From: Gemmatimonadota bacterium
Lineage (GTDB): Bacteria > Gemmatimonadota > Gemmatimonadetes > Palauibacterales > Palauibacteraceae
Direction: 5' to 3'
Length of the DNA stretch: 64,000 nt
NCBI GenBank assembly: GCA_046758745.1
Contig: JBHIAV010000001.1
Location: 32,001-96,000 of the forward strand
Shown piece by piece: positions 37,623-48,010 of the stretch; positions within the stretch are counted from its first letter, which is position 1, and each line of letters opens with the position of its first letter. The notes beneath the pieces are model-generated. The model was not told the DNA's origin, searched no databases, and saw only the letters and a program-made list of their open reading frames with translations. Made by a program: the position numbers and the translations under genes.

Positions 37623-39005
37623 GTGACCGAGCTCATCACGCTGCGCCGGCGGGCAAGGGCTGCACCCGTCGCCCGCCCGGTCGTACCGGCGACGCGGCGA
37701 GCCTACATCGAGACGTACGGCTGCCAGATGAACATCAGCGATACCGAGCTGATGGCGGGGGTCCTCGCCGAGCGGGGATACGTTCGAGTGGCCGATCCCG
37801 CCGACGCCGACCTGATCGTCGTGAATACCTGCGCCATCCGGGAGCATGCCGAACGGCGGGTGCTCGGACGTCTCGGAGAGCTGCGGCGCTACCGTACCGA
37901 TAGGCCAGACCTCGTGCTCGCCGTGACCGGCTGCATGGCCCAGCGCATGGGGAGCGCTCTGCTCCAGGCAATCTCCGGAGTCGACATCGTGGCGGGGCCC
38001 GACTCGTACCGGCGGATCGGGGCCCTTGTCGACGAGATCCGCTTCGGGGAGCGGCCACGGGGACAGCTCCTTCTCGAGCTCGACGCGAGCGAGAACTACG
38101 AGGGGATGGAGGCCGTCCGCAGGGACGGAGTGACGGCGTGGATCACCGTGCAGAGGGGATGCGACCACCGCTGCACCTTCTGCATCGTCCCGTACGTCCG
38201 CGGGCCCGAAAAGAACCGAGATCCGGCGGAGGTGCTGCGCGAAGCGCGGCGCGCCGTCGAGGATGGCTACACGGAGGTCACTCTGCTGGGCCAGACGGTG
38301 AACTCGTACGCGTGGGAAGGGTGGGACTTCGCCCGCCTGCTGGAGGCGGTCGCCCGCGTGCCGGGCATCCGCCGGGTGCGGTACACCTCCCCACACCCGA
38401 ACGACGTGACGGAGCGTCTGGTGGACGTGATGGCCCGCCAGCCGACCGTGTGCAAGCAGCTCCACCTTCCGGCGCAATCCGGGTCGACACGCATCCTGAA
38501 GCGGATGGTGCGGCGCTACACGGCGGAGGAGTTTCTGGAGAAGGTCGCGCTCGTTCGCCGTCGGATTCCCGAGATCGCTCTCAGCACCGACATCATCGTC
38601 GGCTTCCCCGGAGAAACGGAGGCGGAGTTCGAGGAGACCCTGGAGCTGCTGCGCGAGGTCCGGTTCGACGACGCGTACCTGTACCGATACTCGGCGCGCG
38701 AGGGCACGCCCGCGACGCGCTTCCCGGAGGAGGACCTCGTGGACGAGGGGGTGGCCGGTGAGAGGCTGGAGCGCGCCATCGAGGTGCAGCGAGCCATCCA
38801 GCGGGAGATCAACGAGGGCGAGGTCGGGGAGCTGCGCGAGGTGCTGGTGGAGCGCGAGGCCCGCTCGCCGGGTGACGTGCTGGGCCGCACCGACTCCAAC
38901 AAGGTCGTCGCCTTTCCCGGTGACCGGCGCTGGATCAACCGGTACCGCACCGTCCGGCTGCTCCGCACGACCGGCGCGACCTTCGTGGGCGAGCTCGTGG
39001 CGTGA
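37623..39005 (+). CDS. miaB: tRNA methylthiotransferase MiaB
   Basis: TYGCQMN, radical SAM CxxxCxxC (GCDHRCTFC), IVGFPGET and a TRAM domain. Confidence 0.95.
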   Translation: MTELITLRRRARAAPVARPVVPATRRAYIETYGCQMNISDTELMAGVLAERGYVRVADPADADLIVVNTCAIREHAERRVLGRLGELRRYRTDRPDLVLAVTGCMAQRMGSALLQAISGVDIVAGPDSYRRIGALVDEIRFGERPRGQLLLELDASENYEGMEAVRRDGVTAWITVQRGCDHRCTFCIVPYVRGPEKNRDPAEVLREARRAVEDGYTEVTLLGQTVNSYAWEGWDFARLLEAVARVPGIRRVRYTSPHPNDVTERLVDVMARQPTVCKQLHLPAQSGSTRILKRMVRRYTAEEFLEKVALVRRRIPEIALSTDIIVGFPGETEAEFEETLELLREVRFDDAYLYRYSAREGTPATRFPEEDLVDEGVAGERLERAIEVQRAIQREINEGEVGELREVLVEREARSPGDVLGRTDSNKVVAFPGDRRWINRYRTVRLLRTTGATFVGELVA

Positions 39006-39337
39006 GGCTCGGCTACCGGCTGCTGGGCTTCGCTCTCGTGGCCGGAGCGGCCGTGTGGTTCGCCGCCGTCAACGGGGGGCAGCGGGTGCGAATCCACCTC
39101 GGCATCTTCACCCTGCGCTCGGTTTCGCTGCCGGTCGTGGTGTTCGCTTCCATCATTCTGGGGATGAGCGTCGTGTTCCTCGCGGGCCTGCGGGCCGACC
39201 TGCGAACGCGCCGCACGCTGCGCCGTTATCGTGAGACGCTCGAAGGGAGGAGCGATCCGACCGGCGCGGCCGGGCTCGGTGGCGGGGACTCCGGGGCGGC
39301 GGGTTCCGGCGTGCGGAGGACCACGCCGGGAGCGTAG
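39002..39337 (+). CDS. LapA/DUF1049-like small membrane protein
   Basis: Two TMs with FAAVNGGQRV; overlaps the miaB stop. Confidence 0.7.
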   Translation: MRLGYRLLGFALVAGAAVWFAAVNGGQRVRIHLGIFTLRSVSLPVVVFASIILGMSVVFLAGLRADLRTRRTLRRYRETLEGRSDPTGAAGLGGGDSGAAGSGVRRTTPGA

Positions 39338-39493
39338 ACCGAGTCGCGCGGGCTCTCCCGGCGCTCGCTCGGTCCTCCGGTCCGGAGCCTCCCCGGTGCC
39401 GACGCGACGCGGAGCTGCCGATGGGGCGTGCCGGACGCGGCGCGGCGGGCGGGTCGCTAGCGGGGACTGACACGCTTTCGTGCTGCACCCATC

Positions 39494-42013
39494 TTGCGCG
39501 GCGCCGTCGCGGCCCTCCGGGGGGCCGCGACCGGGCTCGGCCTCCCGGCGGCGAGAGGCCGGCCGGCCGGCGGTGCCGGCTCGCTCCCCGCTCGTAGGGC
39601 CGGCCCGCTCCCGGCTCTGGCGTTCCTCTCCCTCGCCCTGTGCGGAGCGGCGGCGCTCCGCCGATCAGGGCGGCGGGGCGCAAACCGGCACGGTCTGACC
39701 GGGGCCTGCCTCCTCTCCTCGCTCCTCTCCGGGACGGTGCTGGGCGCGCACGGCGCCCGGCAGGCCCGGGCCTCGTGCACGGCCGACCTTCGGAGCGGCG
39801 ATGCGGTCGTGGTCGCCGGGAGGCTGCGGACGGCCCTGCGCCGGGCGGAGCAGGGCGAAGGACGCCGCGGTGAAGGACGCGCCGCGGCGCGATGGCGGGC
39901 GGCGGGGGTCGGGCGGAGTGTCGCCCGGGGCGGTCCGCCCCGCTCGTTTCGGCTCACCCTGCTCGAGCCCTCCCTGCGGCGCGATTCGCTCGAGTGCCGC
40001 ATCCCGTCGCTCGTGGCGTACGTGGTCCCGCCCGCCCCCTCTCTCGCCGCGGGCGCCCTCGTGCGGCTGCGCGGAGAGTGGCGACGCTTCGGCGGTCCGA
40101 TCGGCCCGGGATCGCTCCGCCCGGGCGCCGGCGCGGTGGTCCGCGCCCGCCTCGTGGCGCCGCCTCGCCCGGATCCCTCACGCGGCACCCCGCCGGCGGT
40201 GCGGCAACGTCGGCGGATCCTGGAGGGCGTGCGCGCGAGGGCGGCGGAGCGCCTCGCCCGGCGCCTGCCTCCCGATGTGAGCCCGGTAGCCCTCGCGCTC
40301 ACAGTGGCCGATCGGGACGGCGTCGACCCCGGTCTCCGCCGCCGCTTCGCCGACGCGGGCCTGGCCCACCTGCTCTCCATCTCCGGCCTACACGTCGGGA
40401 TCCTCGTCGGAGGGGTTCTGTGGCTGGCCGGCTTCGTCCTGCGACGGCGCGCCCGCTATCTCCTCTCCGCGGCGGCATGCCTCGGCTACGTGCTGGCCAT
40501 CGGGGCGCCGATCCCGGCGCTCCGGGCCTGCATTCTGTTCGGCGGGTACGCCGTGACACGTGCGCGCGGAAGCCCGGCGAGAGTTGCCGATCTGCTGGGT
40601 GCCGCCGCCCTGGTGACGCTGGTGGCCGACCCACTCTCGGTCCTCTCCCCGGGCTTCCAGCTTTCCTTCGCGGGTTTCTCGGGTCTGGCGGCGGGCGGAA
40701 CGGTCGGCCGGCGGCTTCTCGCCGCTCGCCTCGCCCGGCGGTCGACCCGCGGGCTCCCCCTCCGCCTTCGCGCCCCGACGGGTCGCACCCTCACCGCCCT
40801 GTCGGCCGGAGCCGGGGCGTTCGCCTTCACCGCACCCGTCACCGCGGCCCACTTCCACCATGCGGCGCCGATCGCCATCCTCTCGAACTTTGCCGGCGTG
40901 CCGCTGATCGGTCTCTCCCTCGCCGCGTTGACCGGTACCCTCCTGCTCCCGGGTCCGCCCGGCGCGCTGGCCGCGGACGCGGGTACCGCGACCCTCAGGC
41001 TCCTCATGCGAGCGGTCGATCTCTTCGCCGCGATCCCGTGGGGTCACGGAGATGTCGCCGCCCCGCTGCTCGCCGAATGGACAGCGCTGGCCTTCCTCCT
41101 TCTCGGTCTCTACCGCGTCCTCTCGGGCGGTCGCCCGCGCTCGGCGCTGCTCCCTCTCGCCGCCGCTTGCGCGGTGGGGCTCGCCGCGCCCCGGCTCCCC
41201 GCGCTTCTGCCGGGCGCAAGGAGCCTCCTGTGCACCCTCGATGTGGGACAGGGGGACGCCGCCGCGCTGCGCACCCGTCGGGGTAGATGGATCGTCTTCG
41301 ACGCAGGACCTCCGGGGCGTGGTAGGGGGAGCGGCATCGCGTCCTTCCTCGCCTCCCGCGGCGTCCGGACGGTCGAGCTGCTCGTCCTCTCCCATCCCCA
41401 CCTCGACCACATCGGCGGGACCGATGCCCTGCTCGAGCGCTTCGAGGTGCGCCGGGTGCTCGACAGCGGGAATCCGGTGCCGGATGTCGCGTACGACCGC
41501 TTCCTGGCAGGGGTGGAAGTGGAAGGTGCGACGTGGCTCCGCGCGCGCTCGGGCTCCCGGGTCACGATAGACGACGTCGAGGTCACCGTGCTCTCGCCGC
41601 CACCGGCGAGCGGGAGGCGCCATTCCGCAGACGCGGCCGATGCGAACGAGGCGAGCGTGGTCGTGCGGGTCGAGGTCTCCGGCGCCTTCGTCTACCTGAA
41701 CAGCGGCGATGCCTCGGCCACCGAGGAGCGGGAGATGCTGGAGAGGTGGCCGGCCGGAACGCTCCGGGCCGATCTTCTCAAGCTGGGCCACCACGGGAGC
41801 CGGACCTCGTCGGATGTGGAGTGGCTGCGGGCGACCCGTCCGGAGATCGCGGTCATCTCGGTCGGGAGGGGCAACCGGTACGGCCATCCGCACGCCGTCA
41901 CGCTGGCGCGGATCGACTCGGCCGGCGTTCCGCGCATGTGGAGGACGGATCGCGACGGAACCCTGTGCCTCGAGGTAAGCCGGGACGGGAACTGGCGCGT
42001 GCTCGGCGGGTAG
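39494..42013 (+). CDS. comEC: DNA uptake protein ComEC/Rec2; start uncertain
   Basis: AHLLSISGLHV, FQLSF and an MBL domain (LDVGQGDA, SHPHLDHIGG, HHGS, NRYGHP). Confidence 0.92.
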   Translation: MRGAVAALRGAATGLGLPAARGRPAGGAGSLPARRAGPLPALAFLSLALCGAAALRRSGRRGANRHGLTGACLLSSLLSGTVLGAHGARQARASCTADLRSGDAVVVAGRLRTALRRAEQGEGRRGEGRAAARWRAAGVGRSVARGGPPRSFRLTLLEPSLRRDSLECRIPSLVAYVVPPAPSLAAGALVRLRGEWRRFGGPIGPGSLRPGAGAVVRARLVAPPRPDPSRGTPPAVRQRRRILEGVRARAAERLARRLPPDVSPVALALTVADRDGVDPGLRRRFADAGLAHLLSISGLHVGILVGGVLWLAGFVLRRRARYLLSAAACLGYVLAIGAPIPALRACILFGGYAVTRARGSPARVADLLGAAALVTLVADPLSVLSPGFQLSFAGFSGLAAGGTVGRRLLAARLARRSTRGLPLRLRAPTGRTLTALSAGAGAFAFTAPVTAAHFHHAAPIAILSNFAGVPLIGLSLAALTGTLLLPGPPGALAADAGTATLRLLMRAVDLFAAIPWGHGDVAAPLLAEWTALAFLLLGLYRVLSGGRPRSALLPLAAACAVGLAAPRLPALLPGARSLLCTLDVGQGDAAALRTRRGRWIVFDAGPPGRGRGSGIASFLASRGVRTVELLVLSHPHLDHIGGTDALLERFEVRRVLDSGNPVPDVAYDRFLAGVEVEGATWLRARSGSRVTIDDVEVTVLSPPPASGRRHSADAADANEASVVVRVEVSGAFVYLNSGDASATEEREMLERWPAGTLRADLLKLGHHGSRTSSDVEWLRATRPEIAVISVGRGNRYGHPHAVTLARIDSAGVPRMWRTDRDGTLCLEVSRDGNWRVLGG

Positions 42014-42111
42014 GGCGCCATCGGGGCCCTCTTCGCTCTCCGCGCCAGACCCTTGCGGGCCAGGGAGCGAACGGCCGCCCCGGCACCGCCCCGACGCGTC
42101 CGGCGAGCGAC

Positions 42112-42141
42112 TTGACGATCCTCGCGCCCGAAACCTAAGCT
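42112..42141 (+). promoter_or_regulatory. Sigma70-type promoter of fbp
   Basis: TTGACG-N18-TAAGCT. Confidence 0.6.
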
Positions 42142-42176
42142 GAATCAGAGCCCCTCGCCCTTCGCCGGAGGCGCAC

Positions 42177-43208
42177 GTGCAGAGATCCGTCGTCACCATC
42201 GAGCGCTTCATCCTCGAGCAGGAACGCAAGCACCCGGGAGCGACCGGCGCCCTGTCGAGCATCCTGTACGACCTCGCGCTCGCGGCCAAGCTCATCAACC
42301 GGGAGGTGAGCAAGGCCGGCCTGGTCGACATCCTTGGCTTCACGGAGCGCGAGAACGTGCACGGCGAGACCGTTCGCAAGCTCGACGAGTACGCCAACGA
42401 CGTGGTCTTCCAGGCCATGGACCACGGTGGCCACCTGTGCGTGATGGCCTCCGAGGAGTCGGAGGGCCTGATCCCGATCCCGGAGCGCTTCCCGACCGGC
42501 GAGTACGTCCTCCTGTACGACCCGCTCGACGGGAGCTCGAACATCGACGCCAACATCTCGATCGGCACCATCTTCTCGATCCACCGGCGGATCAGCACCG
42601 GGCGGGACGGAACGCTCGAGGACTGCCTGCAGCCGGGCCATCGCCAGGTCGCGGCGGGGTACGTGATGTACGGCTCGTCGACGGTCCTCGTGTACACGAC
42701 GGGGAAGGGCGTCCACTGCTTCACCCTCGATCCGTCGATCGGGGAGTTCCTTCTCTCGCACTCCGAGATCCACCTCCCGGAGCCGGGGAAGAAGATCTAC
42801 AGCGTGAACGAGGGGAACTTCTCGAAGTGGTCCGAGGAGCAGCAGCGTCTCGTGCGGCGCTTCCGCGGGGACGGGGAGCGGAGTGCCGGCTTCTCCCTGC
42901 GCTACGTGGGCTCGCTGGTGGCCGACTTCCACCGCACCCTTCTGTACGGCGGAATCTTCATGTATCCGGCCGACCGCAACTCACCGAACGGCAAGCTTCG
43001 TCTGCTGTACGAGGCATCTCCCCTCGCTCTCATCTGCCGGGAGGCGGGAGGTGCGGCGACGGACGGCCGGCAGGAGATCCTCGAGATGCAGCCGAGCGAG
43101 CTGCACCAGCGCACGCCGCTCTTCATCGGGAACGAGGAGTACGTCCGCCTGGCCGGTGAGTACCTGGCGACGGCCGATGCCGCGGCGGCCGGAGAGCGTT
43201 CGGCCTGA
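42177..43208 (+). CDS. fbp: Class 1 fructose-1,6-bisphosphatase
   Basis: DPLDGSSN, SVNEGN, RYVGSLVADFHR, GKLRLLYEA; SD GGAGG. Confidence 0.97.
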   Translation: MQRSVVTIERFILEQERKHPGATGALSSILYDLALAAKLINREVSKAGLVDILGFTERENVHGETVRKLDEYANDVVFQAMDHGGHLCVMASEESEGLIPIPERFPTGEYVLLYDPLDGSSNIDANISIGTIFSIHRRISTGRDGTLEDCLQPGHRQVAAGYVMYGSSTVLVYTTGKGVHCFTLDPSIGEFLLSHSEIHLPEPGKKIYSVNEGNFSKWSEEQQRLVRRFRGDGERSAGFSLRYVGSLVADFHRTLLYGGIFMYPADRNSPNGKLRLLYEASPLALICREAGGAATDGRQEILEMQPSELHQRTPLFIGNEEYVRLAGEYLATADAAAAGERSA

Positions 43209-43314
43209 GCCGGCCGCGGACGCCGCCGCCGCAAGGAACCGCCTGAGCACGGGCTAGCAGCGGGCCGGGCACGCCGGGGCCGGGGGGAGAGGGATGCACC
43301 GGCCTGATGCGGCG

Positions 43315-43356
43315 AGAGAAAAGAGAGGGGGGGCTCCTCGCGGAAGCCCCCCTTCC
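43315..43356 (-). terminator. Intrinsic terminator of the TBDR gene, possibly bidirectional with fbp
   Basis: On the minus strand a GGGGGGCT..AGCCCCCC stem followed by TCTCTTTTCTC. Confidence 0.65.
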
Positions 43357-43416
43357 TGTCGCTAACGGCCCATGCGCGGCGCGCCCCGAGGCGCCCGGGC
43401 GGGCGATGGTGCTCGG

Positions 43417-46400
43417 TCAGAACACGTACTTCACGCCGATCTGCACAGAGCCCTGATCCGTCCGCTGGGCCCTGAGATCCACTTCCTCGCCGAAGCTCGG
43501 GTTGACCGAGTAGATGTAAGTCTGGGTGGCCGCGTCGAAGCCCTCCACCGAGAGTAGCTCGCGCTCGTCACTGAACTGGCCCACCCCGACGTTCCGGCCC
43601 CAATCGGAATTGATCAGGTTCAGCACGTTGAAGAAGTCGGCGGTGATCTCGAAGCGCTGGTTTCCGACTGTGCGGAACCTCTTGCGAAGGCGGAGATCAA
43701 ACTGCGTGAAGAAATCGTTCCGGCAGGTGTTTCGCCTGATGATCGTGCCAACCGCCTCTCGCAGACACTCGAAGTTGGCCAGGTGCTGCTCCAGCAACGG
43801 GATGTCGGTCGCCGGGTCATCGAAGACGAGGTTCGTTCCGATGAAAGCCCGATCGTTGCTGAAATCCCTGTCGCCGTTGACGTTCCCATCGACGACCGGC
43901 GTCCAGGGACGACCCGAGAAGGTTCGCCAGATTCCGCTGATGGCGAAGTCGAACGGCAGCTCGAAGATGCCTGAAAACACGAGGCTATGCTCGCGGTTGA
44001 AATCGGAATCTCCCCAGGATCCGTTCACGTCGTCACCGCGATCGCCGAGGAAGTTGATGTTGCCGGCCGTCGGCGTCTCGAAGAGTGCGGTTCCGGTGAT
44101 GCAGCAAGAGTAGGAGGCGTTGTCCTTGCTGTTCGTGTACGTGTAGCCCGCCTGCCAGCTGAAACGCTCTCCGCGCTGCGACAGCCCGACGGTGAATTGG
44201 TAGGTTCTCGCCTCGGCGGTGCTCACGTGCACCAGGACCTCATCGAAATCGTTGGTGATGCGGCCGGCTCTCGACGACGGGCTTCCGGAGGACCTGATCC
44301 CCGAGAGCGGCGTGAACTGGGGCCGGTTCTCGATTCCCGACCTGAACTGCTCGGGAAGCTGATTCCGATCCTGTACGGCGAAGTTCTTGTCGGTGCTCGA
44401 GAAGAGGAAGTCGAAGTCGACCTTCAGGCCCTGCACCAGCTCTTGCTCGAAGCCGAAGCTCGCCTTCCACGTGCGCGGGTACTCGAAGTTTGGCGCGAAA
44501 ACGTTGATGTCCGCCGTCGGCGGGCTGGCCGCCCCGCCGCCGGCGCACGACGTCGGGATGTTGCGCAGATCGGCTGCGAACGCCCGATAGTCGGGAACCG
44601 GCGCCTCGTCTTCATCGCAGAACAGAAACAGCTGGTTGCCGCCCGTGTTGAGCAGCGAGTTCGAATACAGCACCGAGGGGAAACGGCCGAAGAAGAGACC
44701 GACGCCGCCGCGGATGACGCTGCTTCCCGACCCCGACGGGTCGTACGTGAAGCTGACGCGGGGCGAGATGTTGTTGTCGTCCGGAGTGACGTCCGTGCGG
44801 ATGCCCAGCTCGGACACCAGGTCGTCGTTGAGGGGAGCCTCGTCCGGCAGCCGCGTGAAGTCGAAGCGTATCCCTGCCGTCAGGCTGAACCGGTCGCTCA
44901 CGTGCCACGTGTCCTGCGCGTAGAGGCCGACCTCATACGTCTGGTACAGCGCCAGAGGCTGGATGTCGTCGTCCGTGAAGAACTGCCCGTCCGGACCCGG
45001 ATTGGGCAGGGCCCGGCCGAAGTCGTCCACAATCATGTTCTCGAAATCGGACAGACTGTTGAAGTCGAACTGACCCTGCTGGTTGAAGAAGAAGAAGTTC
45101 TCGAAGTCGAACAGGTTGAAGATCCCACCGAGCTTCACCTCGTGATCGCCCGCTCGGATGTACAGATTGTTCGTGAACTCGAAGGTCGTCTCCTCCAGAT
45201 TGTTCGGGAGGACGGCGTCGTTGCAGCACTCCATGCCTCGCAGGGACTCGTCTCTGTCGTTAGTGGGATCGCCGTCCCCGTCACTGTCGACGGTCGGGTC
45301 AAAGTCACTGTTGACGTTGACCTCGGCCTCCGGTAGCAGGGAGTTGGCTTCCCGCGGCCGCGGCTCGAAGGCGATCTGGGCCCGAGCCTCGTTCCACACG
45401 TTCGGAGAGAACACGGAGTTGAGTTGCAGGACGGTCGAATTCCCCGTGTTTTCGAACACCCCGCCGTTTCCGATCGTCTCATCAGATCTGATCCGGTCAC
45501 CCTTCTGCTCGAGGTCGGTGAAGTTGTGACGCAGGGTCAGCCGGTGCTTGTTCGAGATCTGCCAGTCGAGCCGCCCGAAGACAGCCCACTCGTCCTGGGT
45601 CTCCTTGAAGGAGCCGGCTTGGTCTGTCACCCCGTACACCTCCTGCAGGATCTCGAGGAAGCGGCGCACGCTGTCGGGGTGGACCCGTCTGCTCGGGTCG
45701 GGTTCCTCGCCCGGCGCCGGGAGTCCGAAGACCGGCTCGTCGCGGTCCTGCCGCTCCACCGCCAGGAAGAAGTGCAGCTTGTCGCGCACGAGCGGGCCGG
45801 AGAGCGTTCCCCCGATCTGCCTGGAGGTGAAGTCCGCCTCCCGGTCGAAGAAATCGTTCCGCGTGATCGCGTCGTCGCGGAAGAACCCGAAGAGCGAGCC
45901 GCGGAAGGTGTTCGTTCCCGACTTCGTCACCGCGTTGATCACGCCGCCGCTGAAGAAGCCGTACTCCACGTCGAAGCCGTTGCTGACGACCTGGAACTCC
46001 GACACACTCTCGATGGAGAAGGCGAACGGGATGCGGTCCGACCCCCGCGCCTCGCCGCCGAAGAACGTCCCGGTCGTGCCGGCCCCGTCGATCTGGATGA
46101 GGTTGGCCCCACGCCGGCCGCCGCCGAGCGACAGGGCTCCGCCGGTGCCGTCTCCGATGTCCACGCCGACCTTGGGAGACAGGGCCACGAGGTCGGCGAA
46201 GTTCCGTCCGTTGACCGGGATCGCCTCGATCTCTTCGGCCGAGACGAGATCCACCACGCCCGTCTCGTCCGGGTCGATCAGCGGCTGCTCTCCCACCACC
46301 GTGATGGCCTCGAGCTGTGCGGCCGACACCTCCATGGAGAAGTCGATGAGGGCCGTCTCACCGAGCCGGACCCGCACGTTTTCCCGGCGAAGCGCCTGGA

Positions 46401-46659
46401 ATCCGATACGGCTGACCTCGACGTCGTACCGGCCGACAGGCAAGGCCGGCAGGGCGTAGCGTCCGTCCTCGCTCGCCACGGTGCTGAAGGTCACACCCCT
46501 CGCGACGTTGGTCGCGGTGACGCCGACCGCGGCGATGGGCTCCCCGGTGGTGGCGGTCACCGTTCCCCGAATCGAGCCGGTGGTGACCTGTGCCTCCGCA
46601 ATGCCCGCGAAGGCTCCGACAAGCAGGAGACAGAGGGGTCCCACAAGGCGTCTGTGCAT
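43417..46659 (-). CDS. TonB-dependent receptor, Oar-like, with N-terminal carboxypeptidase-regulatory-like domain
   Basis: Signal peptide AEA|Q, TGSIRGTV, plug motif NAVTKSGTN, YAQDTW and terminal KYVF; SD GGGAG before ATG 46659. Confidence 0.92.
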   Translation of the reverse strand: MHRRLVGPLCLLLVGAFAGIAEAQVTTGSIRGTVTATTGEPIAAVGVTATNVARGVTFSTVASEDGRYALPALPVGRYDVEVSRIGFQALRRENVRVRLGETALIDFSMEVSAAQLEAITVVGEQPLIDPDETGVVDLVSAEEIEAIPVNGRNFADLVALSPKVGVDIGDGTGGALSLGGGRRGANLIQIDGAGTTGTFFGGEARGSDRIPFAFSIESVSEFQVVSNGFDVEYGFFSGGVINAVTKSGTNTFRGSLFGFFRDDAITRNDFFDREADFTSRQIGGTLSGPLVRDKLHFFLAVERQDRDEPVFGLPAPGEEPDPSRRVHPDSVRRFLEILQEVYGVTDQAGSFKETQDEWAVFGRLDWQISNKHRLTLRHNFTDLEQKGDRIRSDETIGNGGVFENTGNSTVLQLNSVFSPNVWNEARAQIAFEPRPREANSLLPEAEVNVNSDFDPTVDSDGDGDPTNDRDESLRGMECCNDAVLPNNLEETTFEFTNNLYIRAGDHEVKLGGIFNLFDFENFFFFNQQGQFDFNSLSDFENMIVDDFGRALPNPGPDGQFFTDDDIQPLALYQTYEVGLYAQDTWHVSDRFSLTAGIRFDFTRLPDEAPLNDDLVSELGIRTDVTPDDNNISPRVSFTYDPSGSGSSVIRGGVGLFFGRFPSVLYSNSLLNTGGNQLFLFCDEDEAPVPDYRAFAADLRNIPTSCAGGGAASPPTADINVFAPNFEYPRTWKASFGFEQELVQGLKVDFDFLFSSTDKNFAVQDRNQLPEQFRSGIENRPQFTPLSGIRSSGSPSSRAGRITNDFDEVLVHVSTAEARTYQFTVGLSQRGERFSWQAGYTYTNSKDNASYSCCITGTALFETPTAGNINFLGDRGDDVNGSWGDSDFNREHSLVFSGIFELPFDFAISGIWRTFSGRPWTPVVDGNVNGDRDFSNDRAFIGTNLVFDDPATDIPLLEQHLANFECLREAVGTIIRRNTCRNDFFTQFDLRLRKRFRTVGNQRFEITADFFNVLNLINSDWGRNVGVGQFSDERELLSVEGFDAATQTYIYSVNPSFGEEVDLRAQRTDQGSVQIGVKYVF

Positions 46660-46927
46660 GATATACGCTCCCTGCTTGGGTGTGGCGGAAGAGAGAGTGA
46701 GCCTCAACGGCCGCAACGCGCGCTCCGAAATGAGGTCGGTGTCTGGTCGCTGTCGAGGATCGGCCGGCTCCGCTGGCTTCTGACAGCGAACGCTCGTTGG
46801 CCAGCGTCCATCTATATCATGGGCTCCTGCTGAACGCAATACGGGCACGGTTGCTCGCGCTCCCGTGATTCGCAAGCTGGCCTGCCGTACCGGCTGCCGA
46901 AATGGCGCCAGCTGGAGTTGCGGCGCT

Positions 46928-47968
46928 CTACGCCGCGGCCAGGCTCCGGACCTGGCGCTCTACATCGGCCAGCAGCTCCTCTCTGTCTCTGTGGTGCAGG
47001 AAGGCGCTCCGGAACCCGTTCAGGATCATCTCGGCGATCTCATCCAGCGTGAAGCCGAGGTGCTTCGCCGCGCGCACGTACTCCTCGGTGACCGTGGTCC
47101 CGCTCATCAGGCGGTTGTCCGTGTTCAGGCTCACCACCAGATCCTCGTCGAAGTACAGGCGGACCGGGTGGCTGGCGAAGTCGGCCACCGCTCCCGTCTG
47201 CACGTTGCTCGTGAGACAGATCTCGAGCGGGATCCGGTGGTCGTTCACATACTGCATGAGGTCCCGGTCTTCGTGCAGCCGCGTCCCGTGTCCGATCCGG
47301 TGCGCGCCGCAATAGTGTATTGCCTGGTGGATCGACTCGGGGCCGTACGCCTCGCCGGCGTGGATGGTGGCGTTGATGTTGGCGTTCAGCACCCGGTAGA
47401 AGGCGTCCTTGTGCTTCTTCGCCGGATAGTTGTACTCGGCGCCCGCCAGGTCGAACGCCACCACCCCACGGTCCTTGTACGCAACCGTGAGGTCGGCCAG
47501 ATCGCGCGAGATCTCGGGGGACATGTTCCGGATCCCGCAGATGATGAGGCTCGACCGGATCCCGAACTCCCTCCGGGCGCGCTCGATCCCCCGGAGGGGC
47601 GCGCGCACCGTCTCCGGTAGCGGTAGGCCGGCCCGCGTGAGGAGGATCGGCGAGTAGCGGATCTCCATGTAGCGAACGTTCTCGGCCGCTGCATCCTCGC
47701 ACAGCTCGTAGGCGATCCGCTCGAGCGCCTCCGCGTGCTGCATGACCGACAGCGTGACTTCGAAGCGGGCCAGGTAGTCCTCGAGGTGGGTCGCGTCCTT
47801 CACGAACAGGTAGTCGGTGAGGGCGTCGATGTCGCGCGTCGGGAGCCGCACGCCGCTGCGCGCCGCGAGGTCGAGGATCGTTCGCGGTCGCAGCGAGCCG
47901 TCCAGATGCACGTGGAGATCGGCTTTCGGCATCGCCCGGATGCGCTCGTGAAGCTGCTCCTCGGTCAT
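46928..47968 (-). CDS. add: Adenosine deaminase
   Basis: PKADLHVHLDGS, FDLAGAE, TIHAGE, RIGHG, ICLTSN, NTDN. Confidence 0.93.
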   Translation of the reverse strand: MTEEQLHERIRAMPKADLHVHLDGSLRPRTILDLAARSGVRLPTRDIDALTDYLFVKDATHLEDYLARFEVTLSVMQHAEALERIAYELCEDAAAENVRYMEIRYSPILLTRAGLPLPETVRAPLRGIERARREFGIRSSLIICGIRNMSPEISRDLADLTVAYKDRGVVAFDLAGAEYNYPAKKHKDAFYRVLNANINATIHAGEAYGPESIHQAIHYCGAHRIGHGTRLHEDRDLMQYVNDHRIPLEICLTSNVQTGAVADFASHPVRLYFDEDLVVSLNTDNRLMSGTTVTEEYVRAAKHLGFTLDEIAEMILNGFRSAFLHHRDREELLADVERQVRSLAAA

Positions 47969-48010
47969 CGCGGCTCGCTTCTGGCTGGACCGTTGGGGCC
48001 CCCGCGGGGG

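Noticed and set aside
43417..46659. Visibly lower GC of the TBDR gene as evidence of horizontal transfer
   Set aside because: Explained by Asn/Asp/Phe/Thr-rich composition; third positions remain mostly G/C and no mobility signals flank it (judged by eye, not computed)
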